Source of the DNA: Candidatus Thermosaccharophagus gerlachensis
Lineage (GTDB): Bacteria > Armatimonadota > Fervidibacteria > Fervidibacterales > Thermosaccharophagaceae
NCBI GenBank assembly: GCA_041538025.1
Contig: JBGOEV010000005.1
Location: 12,123-76,122, forward strand
DNA: 64,000 bases
Direction of reading: 5' to 3'
The notes below the pieces were generated by a model. It was not told the DNA's origin, searched no databases, and saw nothing but the letters and a program-made list of their open reading frames with translations. A program made the position numbers and the translations under genes. This document shows, one piece after another, positions 23,722 through 33,109 of the stretch; position 1 is the first letter of the stretch; each line of letters opens with the position of its first letter.

Positions 23722-24855
23722 ATGTGGTGGTTTGTTGTGGTTGCGTTGAGCGGTGTAGTTGCTTTCAGCGACTTTGTTGTTGCTCAAAGTGGTTCTGCCT
23801 CTGTTGAAGCACTCCAAGCCGAGATCGCTCGGCTCAAGGAGCAATTGGCAAAGTTGGAAGAGCAATTGGCTGAGCTGGAGAAGCAACAGAAGGCTACAGA
23901 AAAGCTCACACAGCGCTTTGAACCTATCACCATTCATGGCTATATCCAAATGCGCTACGAACGAGACACTTCCCAGCCGACTGATGCGAGCGACTTGACC
24001 AAAGGTAGGGCTAAAGAAAACTTCCGTTTGCGTCGTGTCCGCTTTGATGTTCGTGGGACACCATTGAAAGGTGTGCTTTATCGGTTGCAAGTTGACGCTG
24101 CTGAAACCGGTGTGGCTCTTCGTGACGCTTACCTTGAGTTGAGGTCTGGAGACGGCTTCTTCACCTTCGGTCACTTCAAAGTCCCATTGCTTGAGGAAGT
24201 TTTGGAGTCTTCGTCAGTGCGCTGGACTCCTGAGCGAGCAAGGGTTGCAACGGCATTGTTCCCCGGCGAACGAGATAGAGGCGTCACTTACACGCTACGC
24301 AAGAAAGGGCTTCAGGAAGTCACTTTGGGATTGTTCAGCGGAACAAGAAGCAAAGAAACCCAAGACAGCTTGACTTCACGCAAGAGCTGGCTTGTTAGAA
24401 TCGTTCAGCCATTGGACAAGGAAGGCAAGTTGGGGCGAATCTGGGTTGGTCGGATGGATGGAGTTGGGCGCAAAGATTTTGGAGCACCTCTCGGCATTGC
24501 CAACTATGACCGAGAGCGAACTGCTATCGGTCTGCTATTAACGCCCATTAATGGCTTGACCTTGCGTGCCGAATGGGTTAGCGGGAAAGACGCGGGCACT
24601 GCCACAAAACCGACCGTCAAAGTTCGTGGCTGGTATGCATTGGTGGGCTACAAGTTGCCCAACCAACCTATCACCATCTATGCCAAGCATGACCAATATG
24701 ACCCAGACAGAGATAGCCCGCATAATACCTTCCGACGAAACGCGTTTGGCATCCAATATGACATGAACAGGTTCACAAGGTTAAACTTGACCTTTGAGGA
24801 TGAAGATAGACCGAGTGCCACTCGTTGGACATTTCAAACGCAGGTGCGCTACTAA
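23722..24855 (+). CDS. Outer-membrane porin (phosphate-selective porin O/P-like) with N-terminal coiled coil
   Basis: The signal peptide is MWWFVVVALSGVVAFSDFVVAQ. The coiled coil is VEALQAEIARLKEQLAKLEEQLAELEKQQK. Alternating beta-strand sequence follows (IHGYIQMRYE, FRLRRVRFDVRG, LYRLQVDA ...) and ends WTFQTQVRY. Confidence 0.7.
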   Translation: MWWFVVVALSGVVAFSDFVVAQSGSASVEALQAEIARLKEQLAKLEEQLAELEKQQKATEKLTQRFEPITIHGYIQMRYERDTSQPTDASDLTKGRAKENFRLRRVRFDVRGTPLKGVLYRLQVDAAETGVALRDAYLELRSGDGFFTFGHFKVPLLEEVLESSSVRWTPERARVATALFPGERDRGVTYTLRKKGLQEVTLGLFSGTRSKETQDSLTSRKSWLVRIVQPLDKEGKLGRIWVGRMDGVGRKDFGAPLGIANYDRERTAIGLLLTPINGLTLRAEWVSGKDAGTATKPTVKVRGWYALVGYKLPNQPITIYAKHDQYDPDRDSPHNTFRRNAFGIQYDMNRFTRLNLTFEDEDRPSATRWTFQTQVRY

Positions 24856-24908
24856 AGGACGAGAACATGTAGGGCGTCCTATCTTTAAATGCTTTGGGAC
24901 AAAAGGTT

Positions 24909-26435
24909 ATGCGTGCATGTATGGCTATTGATTTGGGCACATCCTCATGTAAGGTAGCAATTGTTGATGAGCACCTGAACATACGGGCACTTGCATCGTC
25001 TCATTTTGAAACGCACTATCCAAAGCCACTTTTTGCGGAACAGGATCCGAGCGAATGGTGGAGAGCAGTTTGTGACGCTACAAAGGACGCTTTAGCCTCG
25101 GCTGGCGATGTGAAGATTGAAGTGATTTCGCTCTCCTCACAGCGTGAGGGGCTTGTCTTGCTTGACGAAAATTTTGAGCCACTGCGCAGGGCTATCGTAT
25201 GGGTTGACAGGCGTGCCAACTTTGAGCTATGCGAACTGCTTAACGAATTTGGTGTTGATTGGCTCTCACAGGTAGTTGGCGTTATACCCTCGGCAGGCTT
25301 CACTGCACCACTGCTGTGCTGGGTGAGAAGGCATGAACCAGAGGTGTTTCAAAAAGCCAAGTTCATAACTCAACCTAAAGGCTTCCTCATAGCTCGTATG
25401 ACTGATAGTTTCGCCATTGACATAACGCTTGCACCACGCTTTTCTCTATTTGACATGCGCACGATGAAATACAGCGATGAGCTTCTCAGCTGGGTTGGCG
25501 TGAGCGAACAGCAGTTGCCAAAAGTTGTTAAGCCAAATGAAGTCGTTGGCTTTTTGAGCAGAGAGGCAGCATCTCAACTTGGCTTGGCTGATGGCATTCC
25601 TGTAGTTGCTGGCATGGGTGATAGACAATGTGAGGTGCTTGGGCTGGCACTTGAACCGATGGTTGAGGTGATGGTTGCAAGTGGAACCGCAGCAAACATA
25701 TCTGTGCTTGTGGACACTGATGTAGATTCCCTTGGGCTTGATGCACGAGTTGCAAGAGGACCTAACATTGGCAACTTAAAGCAACTTGAGCTTGGCATAT
25801 GGGCGTGCGGTGCAGCTCTAAACTGGCTTGCGCGTGAGTTGCTTGGCATACAAGTTGCACATGAAAGAGCATCAGATGTCATTGAGGGAGAGCTCGGGAA
25901 AAGCACTAACGCAAGTTCGCTCATCGTTCTCCCATTCTTCGCTGGCGCTGGTGCACCGCATTGGGACCATGATGTGCTTGCGTGTATCATTGGGCTGACA
26001 TTGGGGCACAGCAAAAGTGACATCGTAAGGGCAACGCTTGAAGCACTTGCAGTTGAGGTGGCTGAGAATGTTGAACTTTATCGTCGTGCCATAGGAACGC
26101 TAAAACGCGTTGTGCACTGTGGTGGGCTGGCACAGATGCGCTCATTCAATCAAGCCATTGCAGACGCAACTGAGATGGAAGTCCAGCTACCGACATCGCA
26201 TGATGCAGCAGTTCTTGGGGCAGCTTGCATCGGTTTATCAATGCTAACTGGCGAGGACGAATTTCGCGTAGCGACAAAGCTAAACCCGCGAAGAGAAGCT
26301 GTCACTTGCAACGATGAAGGTGTTAAGCAGATGAGGCTTCGTGCCCAATTGCAAAGAAATGCTTATAGCGCTATAGCTTCGCTTATGCGTGAGGCACATC
26401 GCATCCTTTTAGAGTGGCAAAGCAAGGATGCTTGA
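24909..26435 (+). CDS. FGGY-family carbohydrate kinase (xylulokinase/glycerol-kinase-like)
   Basis: Contains MAIDLGTSSCKVAIVD (phosphate-1 motif), AEQDPSEWW, SSQREG, then GGLAQ and VLGAA in the C-terminal domain. The start is uncertain (24894, 24909 or 24921). Confidence 0.8.
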   Translation: MRACMAIDLGTSSCKVAIVDEHLNIRALASSHFETHYPKPLFAEQDPSEWWRAVCDATKDALASAGDVKIEVISLSSQREGLVLLDENFEPLRRAIVWVDRRANFELCELLNEFGVDWLSQVVGVIPSAGFTAPLLCWVRRHEPEVFQKAKFITQPKGFLIARMTDSFAIDITLAPRFSLFDMRTMKYSDELLSWVGVSEQQLPKVVKPNEVVGFLSREAASQLGLADGIPVVAGMGDRQCEVLGLALEPMVEVMVASGTAANISVLVDTDVDSLGLDARVARGPNIGNLKQLELGIWACGAALNWLARELLGIQVAHERASDVIEGELGKSTNASSLIVLPFFAGAGAPHWDHDVLACIIGLTLGHSKSDIVRATLEALAVEVAENVELYRRAIGTLKRVVHCGGLAQMRSFNQAIADATEMEVQLPTSHDAAVLGAACIGLSMLTGEDEFRVATKLNPRREAVTCNDEGVKQMRLRAQLQRNAYSAIASLMREAHRILLEWQSKDA

Positions 26436-26463
26436 TCGTTTCCCTTTTCATGCCTCTACTGTT

Positions 26464-28041
26464 TCAGTGCCTGAAGTGTCTTGTGCCTGTGAAGACCATC
26501 GCAATTCCATAGCTGTTGCACAATGCTATGACATCTTCATCACGCTTTGAGCCACCCGGTTGGATTATTGCCCTTACACCCGCTTTTGCTGCTATCTCAG
26601 GACCATCGGTGTGTGGGAAGAATGCTTCTGAAGCGAGCACAGCTCCTTTCGCTCTTTCGCCGGCGCTCTCAACAGCAAGCTTAACAGAAATTGCTCTGTT
26701 CATTTGCCCCGCACCAATTCCTACCGTGACACCGTCTTTTGCGAGCACAATTGCGTTTGACTTAACATGCTTTACTACTTTCCATGCGAACTCCAAATCA
26801 CGCCACTCAGAATCACTTGGCGATGTTTCTGTTACGACATTCCATTGTGACCTATCTTCGGCAAGCGCATCAACCGATTGTATGAGGAGACCACCAGTTA
26901 CCGACTTGAATGCAAAGCTATCAGCAAGTGCTTCTGGTGGCTCAATTGTTCCCTCAAGCAACAGAAGACGCACCGATTGCCCCCATCCGCTTCTGCTCGT
27001 GATAAGCTCATATGCAGTCTCTTCGTATCCGGGAGCAATTATCGCCTCGTAGAAGCTACCCTTGACGATGACTTCTTTTGCTGTGTCCTCGTCAACGATG
27101 CGGTTAAATGCAATGATGCCACCGAAGCGGGCTTCCTTGTCTGCGTCCCTTGCTTTGATGAAAGCCTCAGCAAGCGTTTCACCAATTGCACATCCACATG
27201 GGTTTGTGTGCTTGATTATCGCAGCTGCTGGCTCTTTGAACTCGCGCACAAGCTCAAGTGCTGCATCTAAGTCAGCGATGTTATTGTAGGACAAAGGTAT
27301 GCCATGCAACTGGCGTGCTGTTGAGATGCAAGGGTGCTTGAAGTTCGGCAGAACATAAAATGCAGCCTGCTGATGTGGATTCTCACCATAGCGAAGTTTC
27401 GAGGCAAGTTTGCATGAGATTGTGAATACCTCAGGAAATGGCTCACCGATTAGATTGCGAAAATAATTGGCTATGCATGCATCGTATGCAGCAGTGTGCC
27501 TAAAAGCTTTTGCAGCGAGCTCCATGCGCAACCTCAGCGTAGTCATACAGTTGTTTGAACGCAGTTCTGAGAGCACCCTACCGTAATCCTCTGGGTCAAC
27601 GATTACGGTCACGCTTTCATAATTCTTCGCTGCAGCCCTTATGAGTGAGGGTCCGCCAATGTCAATCTGTTCTATTGCCTCTTCAAGGGTCACATCAGGA
27701 CAAGAAATTGTCTCCTCAAAAGGGTATAAGTTGACTGCCACAAGGTCAATGAAACCTATGCCGTGCTCGTTCAGTTGGCGCACATGTTCCTCTTTGCTTC
27801 TGATTGCGAGTATGCCACCGTGTATTTTGGGGTGGAGCGTTTTCACGCGCCCATCAAGCATTTCTGGGAAGCCAGTCACATCAGCAACATCGGTGACTTG
27901 TATTCCAGCTTCTCTTAATGTCCTTGCCGTCCCGCCAGTTGATATGATTTCAATTCCAAGCTCGCTCAAGCCCTTAGCGAACTCAACGATGCCCCTTTTG
28001 TCCGAAACGCTTATCAATGCCCTCTCAACCTTCTTTTCCAT
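26464..28041 (-). CDS. purH: Bifunctional AICAR transformylase / IMP cyclohydrolase
   Basis: Contains ALISVSDKRGIVEFAKGL, STGGTA, GRVKTLHPKIHGGIL, KHTNPCG and the C-terminal GTRHFRH. Confidence 0.97.
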   Translation of the reverse strand: MEKKVERALISVSDKRGIVEFAKGLSELGIEIISTGGTARTLREAGIQVTDVADVTGFPEMLDGRVKTLHPKIHGGILAIRSKEEHVRQLNEHGIGFIDLVAVNLYPFEETISCPDVTLEEAIEQIDIGGPSLIRAAAKNYESVTVIVDPEDYGRVLSELRSNNCMTTLRLRMELAAKAFRHTAAYDACIANYFRNLIGEPFPEVFTISCKLASKLRYGENPHQQAAFYVLPNFKHPCISTARQLHGIPLSYNNIADLDAALELVREFKEPAAAIIKHTNPCGCAIGETLAEAFIKARDADKEARFGGIIAFNRIVDEDTAKEVIVKGSFYEAIIAPGYEETAYELITSRSGWGQSVRLLLLEGTIEPPEALADSFAFKSVTGGLLIQSVDALAEDRSQWNVVTETSPSDSEWRDLEFAWKVVKHVKSNAIVLAKDGVTVGIGAGQMNRAISVKLAVESAGERAKGAVLASEAFFPHTDGPEIAAKAGVRAIIQPGGSKRDEDVIALCNSYGIAMVFTGTRHFRH

Positions 28042-28106
28042 CTTTGCATCCCTCCAAGGGTTTTGGTATGAGGGGGTGTTTAAAGGTGTAGCAACTTATT
28101 TGCCCT

Positions 28107-28304
28107 TTATGCGAGTGCCAAACCGAGGATGAACAACAAAAGTGATGCAACGGTAAAAAGCGCCGTCACAATAAGAGCCTTCGGTTTCACTCTCCCTTCA
28201 GCATCAAATGCAAAAATGATACATGCCACCTGTGATGCTACATAACCAAAGAAACCAACCAAGGTTGCAGCCACCCAGATGGGGTTAAGCGATTTAAGTG
28301 GCAT
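28107..28304 (-). CDS. Small two-TM membrane protein (hypothetical)
   Basis: 65 aa with two hydrophobic helices (IWVAATLVGFFGYVASQVACIIFAF; ALIVTALFTVASLLLFILGLALA). It fills the gap between trxA and purH on the same strand. The RBS is weak. Confidence 0.45.
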   Translation of the reverse strand: MPLKSLNPIWVAATLVGFFGYVASQVACIIFAFDAEGRVKPKALIVTALFTVASLLLFILGLALA

Positions 28305-28310
28305 GTTGCT

Positions 28311-28637
28311 TCACTCGCCCAAAATCTTTTTCAGCCTTTCCTCTATTTTGTGTTCGCCCACCAAGCCCACGATCCTATCAATAACTTGTCCGTCCTTGAA
28401 GAAGATAAGTGTTGGTATGGTCATGATTGAGTAGCGGATTGCTAACCCCTGGTTCTCATCCACATTCACTTTTGCTACTTTGACCTTCCCTTGGTAGCGT
28501 TCTGCTACGCGCTCAATTACAGGTGCCATTGCACGGCAAGGTCCACACCATGGCGCCCAAAAGTCAACCATTGAAGGTATCTCGCTACCCAATATTTCGG
28601 AATCAAAGTTAGACTCAGTTACTTCAATCACTGCCAT
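28311..28637 (-). CDS. trxA: Thioredoxin
   Basis: Contains the WAPWCGPCR active site. Start set at ATG 28637 (MAVIEVTESNFD), after GGGGGTGAG, which avoids overlap with holB (stop at 28660). Length is about 108 aa. Confidence 0.93.
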   Translation of the reverse strand: MAVIEVTESNFDSEILGSEIPSMVDFWAPWCGPCRAMAPVIERVAERYQGKVKVAKVNVDENQGLAIRYSIMTIPTLIFFKDGQVIDRIVGLVGEHKIEERLKKILGE

Positions 28638-28659
28638 TTCGCTCACCCCCTCACTAAGT

Positions 28660-29754
28660 TTAGTTCCTACCGTTTGCGTAAACATATCGTAGCAACGAAA
28701 CTTCAAGTGTTAGTTGCACATTGGCATTGAGCATTAACGCTCGTCTTGCCTTCATGAGTGCCTCCGTGAGCCTTATAAGGCATCGTGGTTCATAATGCAC
28801 AATATGCTGTTTTGGAGCCTCTTCAGCAAAGTGCGTCATCGTATGTTCGGCTTGCATGCCACACAGTATCGCTAAATTGTCTCTTATGCATCCAAGCAAA
28901 GTATCAATCCCTCTCAAAGCATGCTTCCTTTCGGGTTCGGCTGCATCTGCCGAGCTTGATGGCAGTATTTTGCTAAGCGATGCTCCAAGTGCTATGATTC
29001 GTTCCGAAAGCTTTATCACTTCAACAGGTTCCGCCACGATTATATGCTCCAACAACTTCTTTGCCTCGTTGATTGTATCTTTTATGCTTTCGCTTTTTGC
29101 GAATGCGAACGCTAATCCCGGTCGTCCCTTTGAGAGTTTTGCACACAGTGTTGCTGCATAGCTCTCCATCCCAAAACGGTTTACAAGTGCCTCGGTTATC
29201 TTGTGCGCTGGCACAAGTCCGAAGCGCACAACTTGACAGCGTGAAATAACCGTCCTCGGTAAAGCCATTTGGTTTGTGGTAATAAGTATGATGACAACAT
29301 TGTGCGCTGGCTCCTCAAGCGTCTTCAAGATGCAGTTTGCAGCTTCCTCAGTTGCGAGTTCCGCATCGTCAATGATGTAGACCTTGAACCGGGAGTGCCT
29401 CGCCGAAAGCATCGCGTCGGAGCGCATCCGCCTCATGTTGTCCACGCGGATTGATAAAGCCCTTACTTCTTCGTGCTCATCTTGGTGAGCCGTTGGCGTG
29501 ATGACTTGAACATCCAAGGAAGTGCCGCTATCAATGTGTTTGCAACTCTGACAAATGTCGCATGAATCAACCCCTTCACCGTCTGCCACTTGGTTTAAGC
29601 AGTTCAAAGCTTTTGCGAACTGAACAGCGGTTGTGCGTTTGCCAACGTGTGCTGGTCCACAAAACGCATATGCATGTGCCACCTTACCTTTAGCGCAAGC
29701 CATTTTCAATAGCCTTATGGCTCCTTCGTTACCTACGATGTCTTTCAGCGCCAC
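28660..29754 (-). CDS. holB: DNA polymerase III delta' subunit
   Basis: Contains HAYAFCGPAHVGKRTTAVQFAKALNC (degenerate Walker A), the Zn module CDICQSCKHI, then IIDDAE, LKTLEEP and SRCQVVRF. Confidence 0.88.
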   Translation of the reverse strand: MALKDIVGNEGAIRLLKMACAKGKVAHAYAFCGPAHVGKRTTAVQFAKALNCLNQVADGEGVDSCDICQSCKHIDSGTSLDVQVITPTAHQDEHEEVRALSIRVDNMRRMRSDAMLSARHSRFKVYIIDDAELATEEAANCILKTLEEPAHNVVIILITTNQMALPRTVISRCQVVRFGLVPAHKITEALVNRFGMESYAATLCAKLSKGRPGLAFAFAKSESIKDTINEAKKLLEHIIVAEPVEVIKLSERIIALGASLSKILPSSSADAAEPERKHALRGIDTLLGCIRDNLAILCGMQAEHTMTHFAEEAPKQHIVHYEPRCLIRLTEALMKARRALMLNANVQLTLEVSLLRYVYANGRN

Positions 29755-29761
29755 AGCACAT

Positions 29762-30427
29762 TCACCATCCTACGTTCTCCCTCTTTTGAAGCATGTGAGA
29801 AAGCCTTTTCCACACCATCGCTGCTATATCCTCAGCTGGCAAACTCGCGTCCAAAACGATAACCCTTTCCGGTTCATTCCTCGCGATCTCAAGATACCCT
29901 TCCCTGACTTTCTCATGGAAGCTTATTGGGCGCTGCTCAATCCTGTCAAGCGAGCACTTCAACCCTTTTAATCGGTGCAAACCTATAGCTGGCTCTATGT
30001 CAAGCAAAAATGTAACATGCGGTTTAAGTGATTGTGTCGCAAAATCGTTTAGCATGTTAATCAGCTCAAGCGGTAACCCGAGCCCATAATGCTGATATGC
30101 TAAAGTTGAATCACAAAACCTTTCACATATGACGAGCTTACCATCCCTTAGCGCTGGCAATATCACTTCCTCCACATGTTGTGCTCTATCAGCGATGAAG
30201 AGCAGAAGCTCGCACAACTTGTTCATCTGCGTTTGCTGTGAAAGTAGCATCTCTCTTATTTGCTCACCAAGTTTTGTCCCACCAGGCTCCTTTGTCAAGA
30301 TGAAGCTATAGCCGTTTTTCTCAAGTCTCTCTGCGAGCAGTCTAACTTGAGTTGATTTACCGCTTCCTTCAATCCCTTCAAATGTGATGAAGAGGCAGTT
30401 CGGCTTTGTATTGTTTTTGCACCTCAT
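29762..30427 (-). CDS. tmk: Thymidylate kinase
   Basis: Contains FITFEGIEGSGKSTQ (P-loop), TKEPGGT, DRF.DST.AYQ and the lid region. It lies immediately upstream of holB, the usual tmk-holB order. Confidence 0.93.
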   Translation of the reverse strand: MRCKNNTKPNCLFITFEGIEGSGKSTQVRLLAERLEKNGYSFILTKEPGGTKLGEQIREMLLSQQTQMNKLCELLLFIADRAQHVEEVILPALRDGKLVICERFCDSTLAYQHYGLGLPLELINMLNDFATQSLKPHVTFLLDIEPAIGLHRLKGLKCSLDRIEQRPISFHEKVREGYLEIARNEPERVIVLDASLPAEDIAAMVWKRLSHMLQKRENVGW

Positions 30428-30598
30428 ATGGTTTCAACCCCTTTAGCGCGATTGCAAACTCGCAAATTCAAATTTAATTCACATGGCATGTTGTTTCCCA
30501 TGGCGAGTGCAGTAGCAATTGATGGCATACAAGGATATTATGTTGGATTAGCGCTAAATTGCAAGTTGACGATTTCTGTTTACGGGGGTAGGTTCGCT

Positions 30599-31783
30599 AT
30601 GGAGGTTGAGCTCATTGAACCGTTTGAGGGACCAAGGACTCCAAAGCTTGAAGAGACAGAGAGCGTCATCAATGTGCTTCACAGTGTCTTCTTTGAGCCA
30701 CACGGTGCACCGCGTTACGAAAACGGTGCATCCAGATGGCCGATGGCGCTTCGTCCCGGCGCTATGGACGAAACATTCGCCATGTTCTGTAACGGACGAG
30801 CAGTTTCAGTCATACAACGCCTTGAGCGTGACTTCATCGTTTACGGATGCAAACTGCGCATCGGTTATGTTGGCAGTGTAAGCACTTTACCGGAATTCCG
30901 CAACAGAGGTCTTGCAAGCACAATACTTGCAGCCACTATGCATCGTTTCGCAGAAAACGGTGTTAACTTCGTATGCATCTCTGGTGACAGACCAATGTAT
31001 CGCAGAGTTGGTGCAAGACCAACAGGTGGTGTGCTCAGGTTCAGGGCGACTGCTGAGGAGCTTAAAAGGATTATCACTGATGCTCCAAAGGTATCGCTCC
31101 GTAGAGCTTCAACAGAAGATGCATACTTGCTTGCGCACCTTTATGAAGGCGAGGCGCTAAGGTTCATTCGCCCCGTTTCCGATTATGAAGTCGTGCTCAA
31201 GTATGAGCACTGCGCTGGGCAGAGATGTGAGTTCCAAATCGTTGAAGAGGCTAATGCTCAAGTTGGCTACTTGCTCCTTACAAGCTTGCAGGAGCGCGAT
31301 GGCAGGAAATGGGTAAGGGTATTTGAATTTTGTGGTGAAAGGGTATACATCATGGGCGCATTGCGAGAGCTCGCATCAGCTCTTCCAAGCGATGTTGAAG
31401 TGTGGATTGATGTAGGGTGCACGGATGCGCTTAGAAGGCTTCTTGAGTTAAAAGGGATCAAATGGACCGAGGTGAGGCGCCCTGGCACTTACGCTGTTGT
31501 TGATTTCGTCTCAACGATGCGCAAGTTGATGCCATACTTTGAGAGTCATCTACCGATAAGTTTCGTTAGGAGCCTTGAGCTAAACGCCGGCAGGGAAAGG
31601 TTCGTTGCATACGGCGAAGGTGGATGGCTTCAAGTAACAGGCGAGACGAACCTCGTATGGATGATGCTTGGGACACCACCAGATGAAACCATAAGTGGAG
31701 TGCATGCTTACGGATTGGGCGAAAAGATGTTGAAGGAGTGCTTCCCATTGCCTCTGCCACCTGTTGAAATGAACATGATTTAA
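30599..31783 (+). CDS. GNAT N-acetyltransferase, Eis-like multi-domain architecture
   Basis: Start at ATG 30599, after GGGGGTAGG. The acetyl-CoA motif is VSTLPEFRNRGLASTILAATMHRFAENG. The roughly 395 aa length and the extra central and C-terminal domains match the Eis/SCP2-fused GNAT layout. Confidence 0.6.
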   Translation: MEVELIEPFEGPRTPKLEETESVINVLHSVFFEPHGAPRYENGASRWPMALRPGAMDETFAMFCNGRAVSVIQRLERDFIVYGCKLRIGYVGSVSTLPEFRNRGLASTILAATMHRFAENGVNFVCISGDRPMYRRVGARPTGGVLRFRATAEELKRIITDAPKVSLRRASTEDAYLLAHLYEGEALRFIRPVSDYEVVLKYEHCAGQRCEFQIVEEANAQVGYLLLTSLQERDGRKWVRVFEFCGERVYIMGALRELASALPSDVEVWIDVGCTDALRRLLELKGIKWTEVRRPGTYAVVDFVSTMRKLMPYFESHLPISFVRSLELNAGRERFVAYGEGGWLQVTGETNLVWMMLGTPPDETISGVHAYGLGEKMLKECFPLPLPPVEMNMI

Positions 31784-31973
31784 GCGAATAAATGTTGTGT
31801 TAAGGAAGCTTGGAAGCAGCAATGATCGTGGCTAAAGCCCTTCGCAAAAATGGGTATGGCAAATCGGATGCAAGCTGACCAGACTTTTAGAGCATGCTTG
31901 GTGGGTAAGGCATTCTAACAGAGGCAAAAGCGTTTGTTAAGCTTTACCATGGTATCCCACATAGGGCTATGCT

Positions 31974-32003
31974 TTGAAATTTAGCTACCACAAGTGGTAT
32001 GAT
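31974..32003 (+). promoter_or_regulatory. Putative sigma-70 promoter (TTGAAA-18 nt-TGgTATGAT)
   Basis: -35 TTGAAA at 31974-79. Extended -10 TGgTATGAT ends at 32003. It sits about 37 nt upstream of ATG 32040, in a 257-nt non-coding gap. Confidence 0.35.
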
Positions 32004-32039
32004 GACTATGGCACATGAAAAAATGATTGGTGGTCAACG

Positions 32040-32453
32040 ATGGTATGGAAAGCGCTTTGCAAAGCAAGAATAAGCGATGGGCAAGCTCTCCTTGAGCTTG
32101 CTGTTGGCGTAGTAATGCTCGTTTTGGTTGTAAGTGGCATTCTCTTTTTCGGACAATTGTTTAGCTACTTGCACATCATTAACACAGCAGCAAGGGAGGG
32201 CGCACGAAACGCTGCTTTATGTAAATCTGACGCTGAAGTTAGGAACATAGTTTATCAACGCCTTTCATCGTTGCCGAACTATGAGAAGGCAAGGGTGATA
32301 ATTGAGCCACCTGAGGGCAATCGTGTTCGTGGTGCGCCTGTGACTGTGACAGTCATCTATGATGCAAAGCTGTTACCTGGGTTGCCTCGTATAGTTTCCA
32401 GTGAGCGTCCAATCGTTGCAAGGGCAACATTCAGATGGCTATGCGGGATGTGA
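32040..32453 (+). CDS. TadE-like (Flp pilus assembly / pseudopilin-like) protein
   Basis: The N-terminus GQALLELAVGVVMLVLVVSGILFFGQ matches the TadE signature (G-x-x-x-x-E-hydrophobic TM). At 137 aa the size is typical. Confidence 0.6.
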   Translation: MVWKALCKARISDGQALLELAVGVVMLVLVVSGILFFGQLFSYLHIINTAAREGARNAALCKSDAEVRNIVYQRLSSLPNYEKARVIIEPPEGNRVRGAPVTVTVIYDAKLLPGLPRIVSSERPIVARATFRWLCGM

Positions 32454-32561
32454 CTTATAAACTCGTTATGCACACGCACTGGCGATGCAAACCAACTTGT
32501 GTCAAACTTTTGATTGCAGTATGACTGTAGGCAAGACCAAATCTGGGTGGAGGTGAGGAGA

Positions 32562-33050
32562 ATGGCGCAGGAGCCCGAGGTTACTCCAACAGGTGAACAG
32601 CCTCAAACTGAAGTGAGTGCGGTAACACCACAGCGTGGTGGGGCAACTTTTCTTTGGGGTTTTGTTTTGGGGTTAATAATTGGCGGTGCAGCTATGACAG
32701 CTGTGCTTGTGCGCCAATGGTATATACCACTGCAAAGTGTAAAGGAAGAGAATGCCTCATTGCAAGACCAACTTGCACGCCTTCAAGAAACTGTTACGAA
32801 GGCAAACGAGATACGTAGGAAGGCTGAAGCAGCAGCAGAACAACTTGCAACCGCTTTTAGACAGCTTCAAGATGCTTTGAGCAAGCTCGGAATACAACTT
32901 CCAGAGGTTACCAGCGAGGCGCAGAAGCCCGCGCAACCTGAAGAGGGGAGACAACCGACGGAGCAACCACCACAACCACCAGAGCAGCCACAACAACCAC
33001 CACAGCAGCCAACAGAGCAGCCACAACAACCTCCAACACCACAACAGTGA
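32562..33050 (+). CDS. Membrane-anchored coiled-coil protein with Pro/Gln-rich C-terminus (hypothetical)
   Basis: ATG 32562 follows GGAGGTGAGGAG. The TM is FLWGFVLGLIIGGAAMTAVLV. The coiled coil is ENASLQDQLARLQETVTKANEIRRKAEAAAEQL. The tail is QPPQPPEQPQQPPQQPTEQPQQPPTPQQ. Confidence 0.55.
   Translation: MAQEPEVTPTGEQPQTEVSAVTPQRGGATFLWGFVLGLIIGGAAMTAVLVRQWYIPLQSVKEENASLQDQLARLQETVTKANEIRRKAEAAAEQLATAFRQLQDALSKLGIQLPEVTSEAQKPAQPEEGRQPTEQPPQPPEQPQQPPQQPTEQPQQPPTPQQ
32958..33047 (+). repeat. Coding low-complexity CCA/CAG (Pro/Gln) imperfect repeat
   Basis: Reads ..gagcaaccaccacaaccaccagagcagccacaacaaccaccacagcagccaacagagcagccacaacaacctcc.., encoding (Q/E)QP(P)Q units at the 3' end of the 32562-33050 CDS. 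Confidence 0.6.
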
Positions 33051-33109
33051 TAGCCGTAGCATAGCTAAACATGGCTAAGCATTGGCATGATGCTTAGAAG
33101 GCATGGCTA

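Noticed and set aside
31784-32039. 257-nt non-coding gap upstream of the TadE-like gene: looked for an Flp-type pilin ORF or a structured sRNA.
   Set aside because: Only very short ORFs are present (e.g. MIVAKALRKNGYGKSDAS) with no G-x4-EY Flp motif or hydrophobic segment. No obvious extended helices. It is best explained as promoter/5' UTR; a putative promoter is annotated.
32958-33047. CCA/CAG-rich repeat considered as a tandem-repeat/VNTR or contingency locus.
   Set aside because: The units are imperfect and in-frame, and encode a Pro/Gln-rich tail of the 32562-33050 protein. There is no homopolymeric tract that would cause phase variation.
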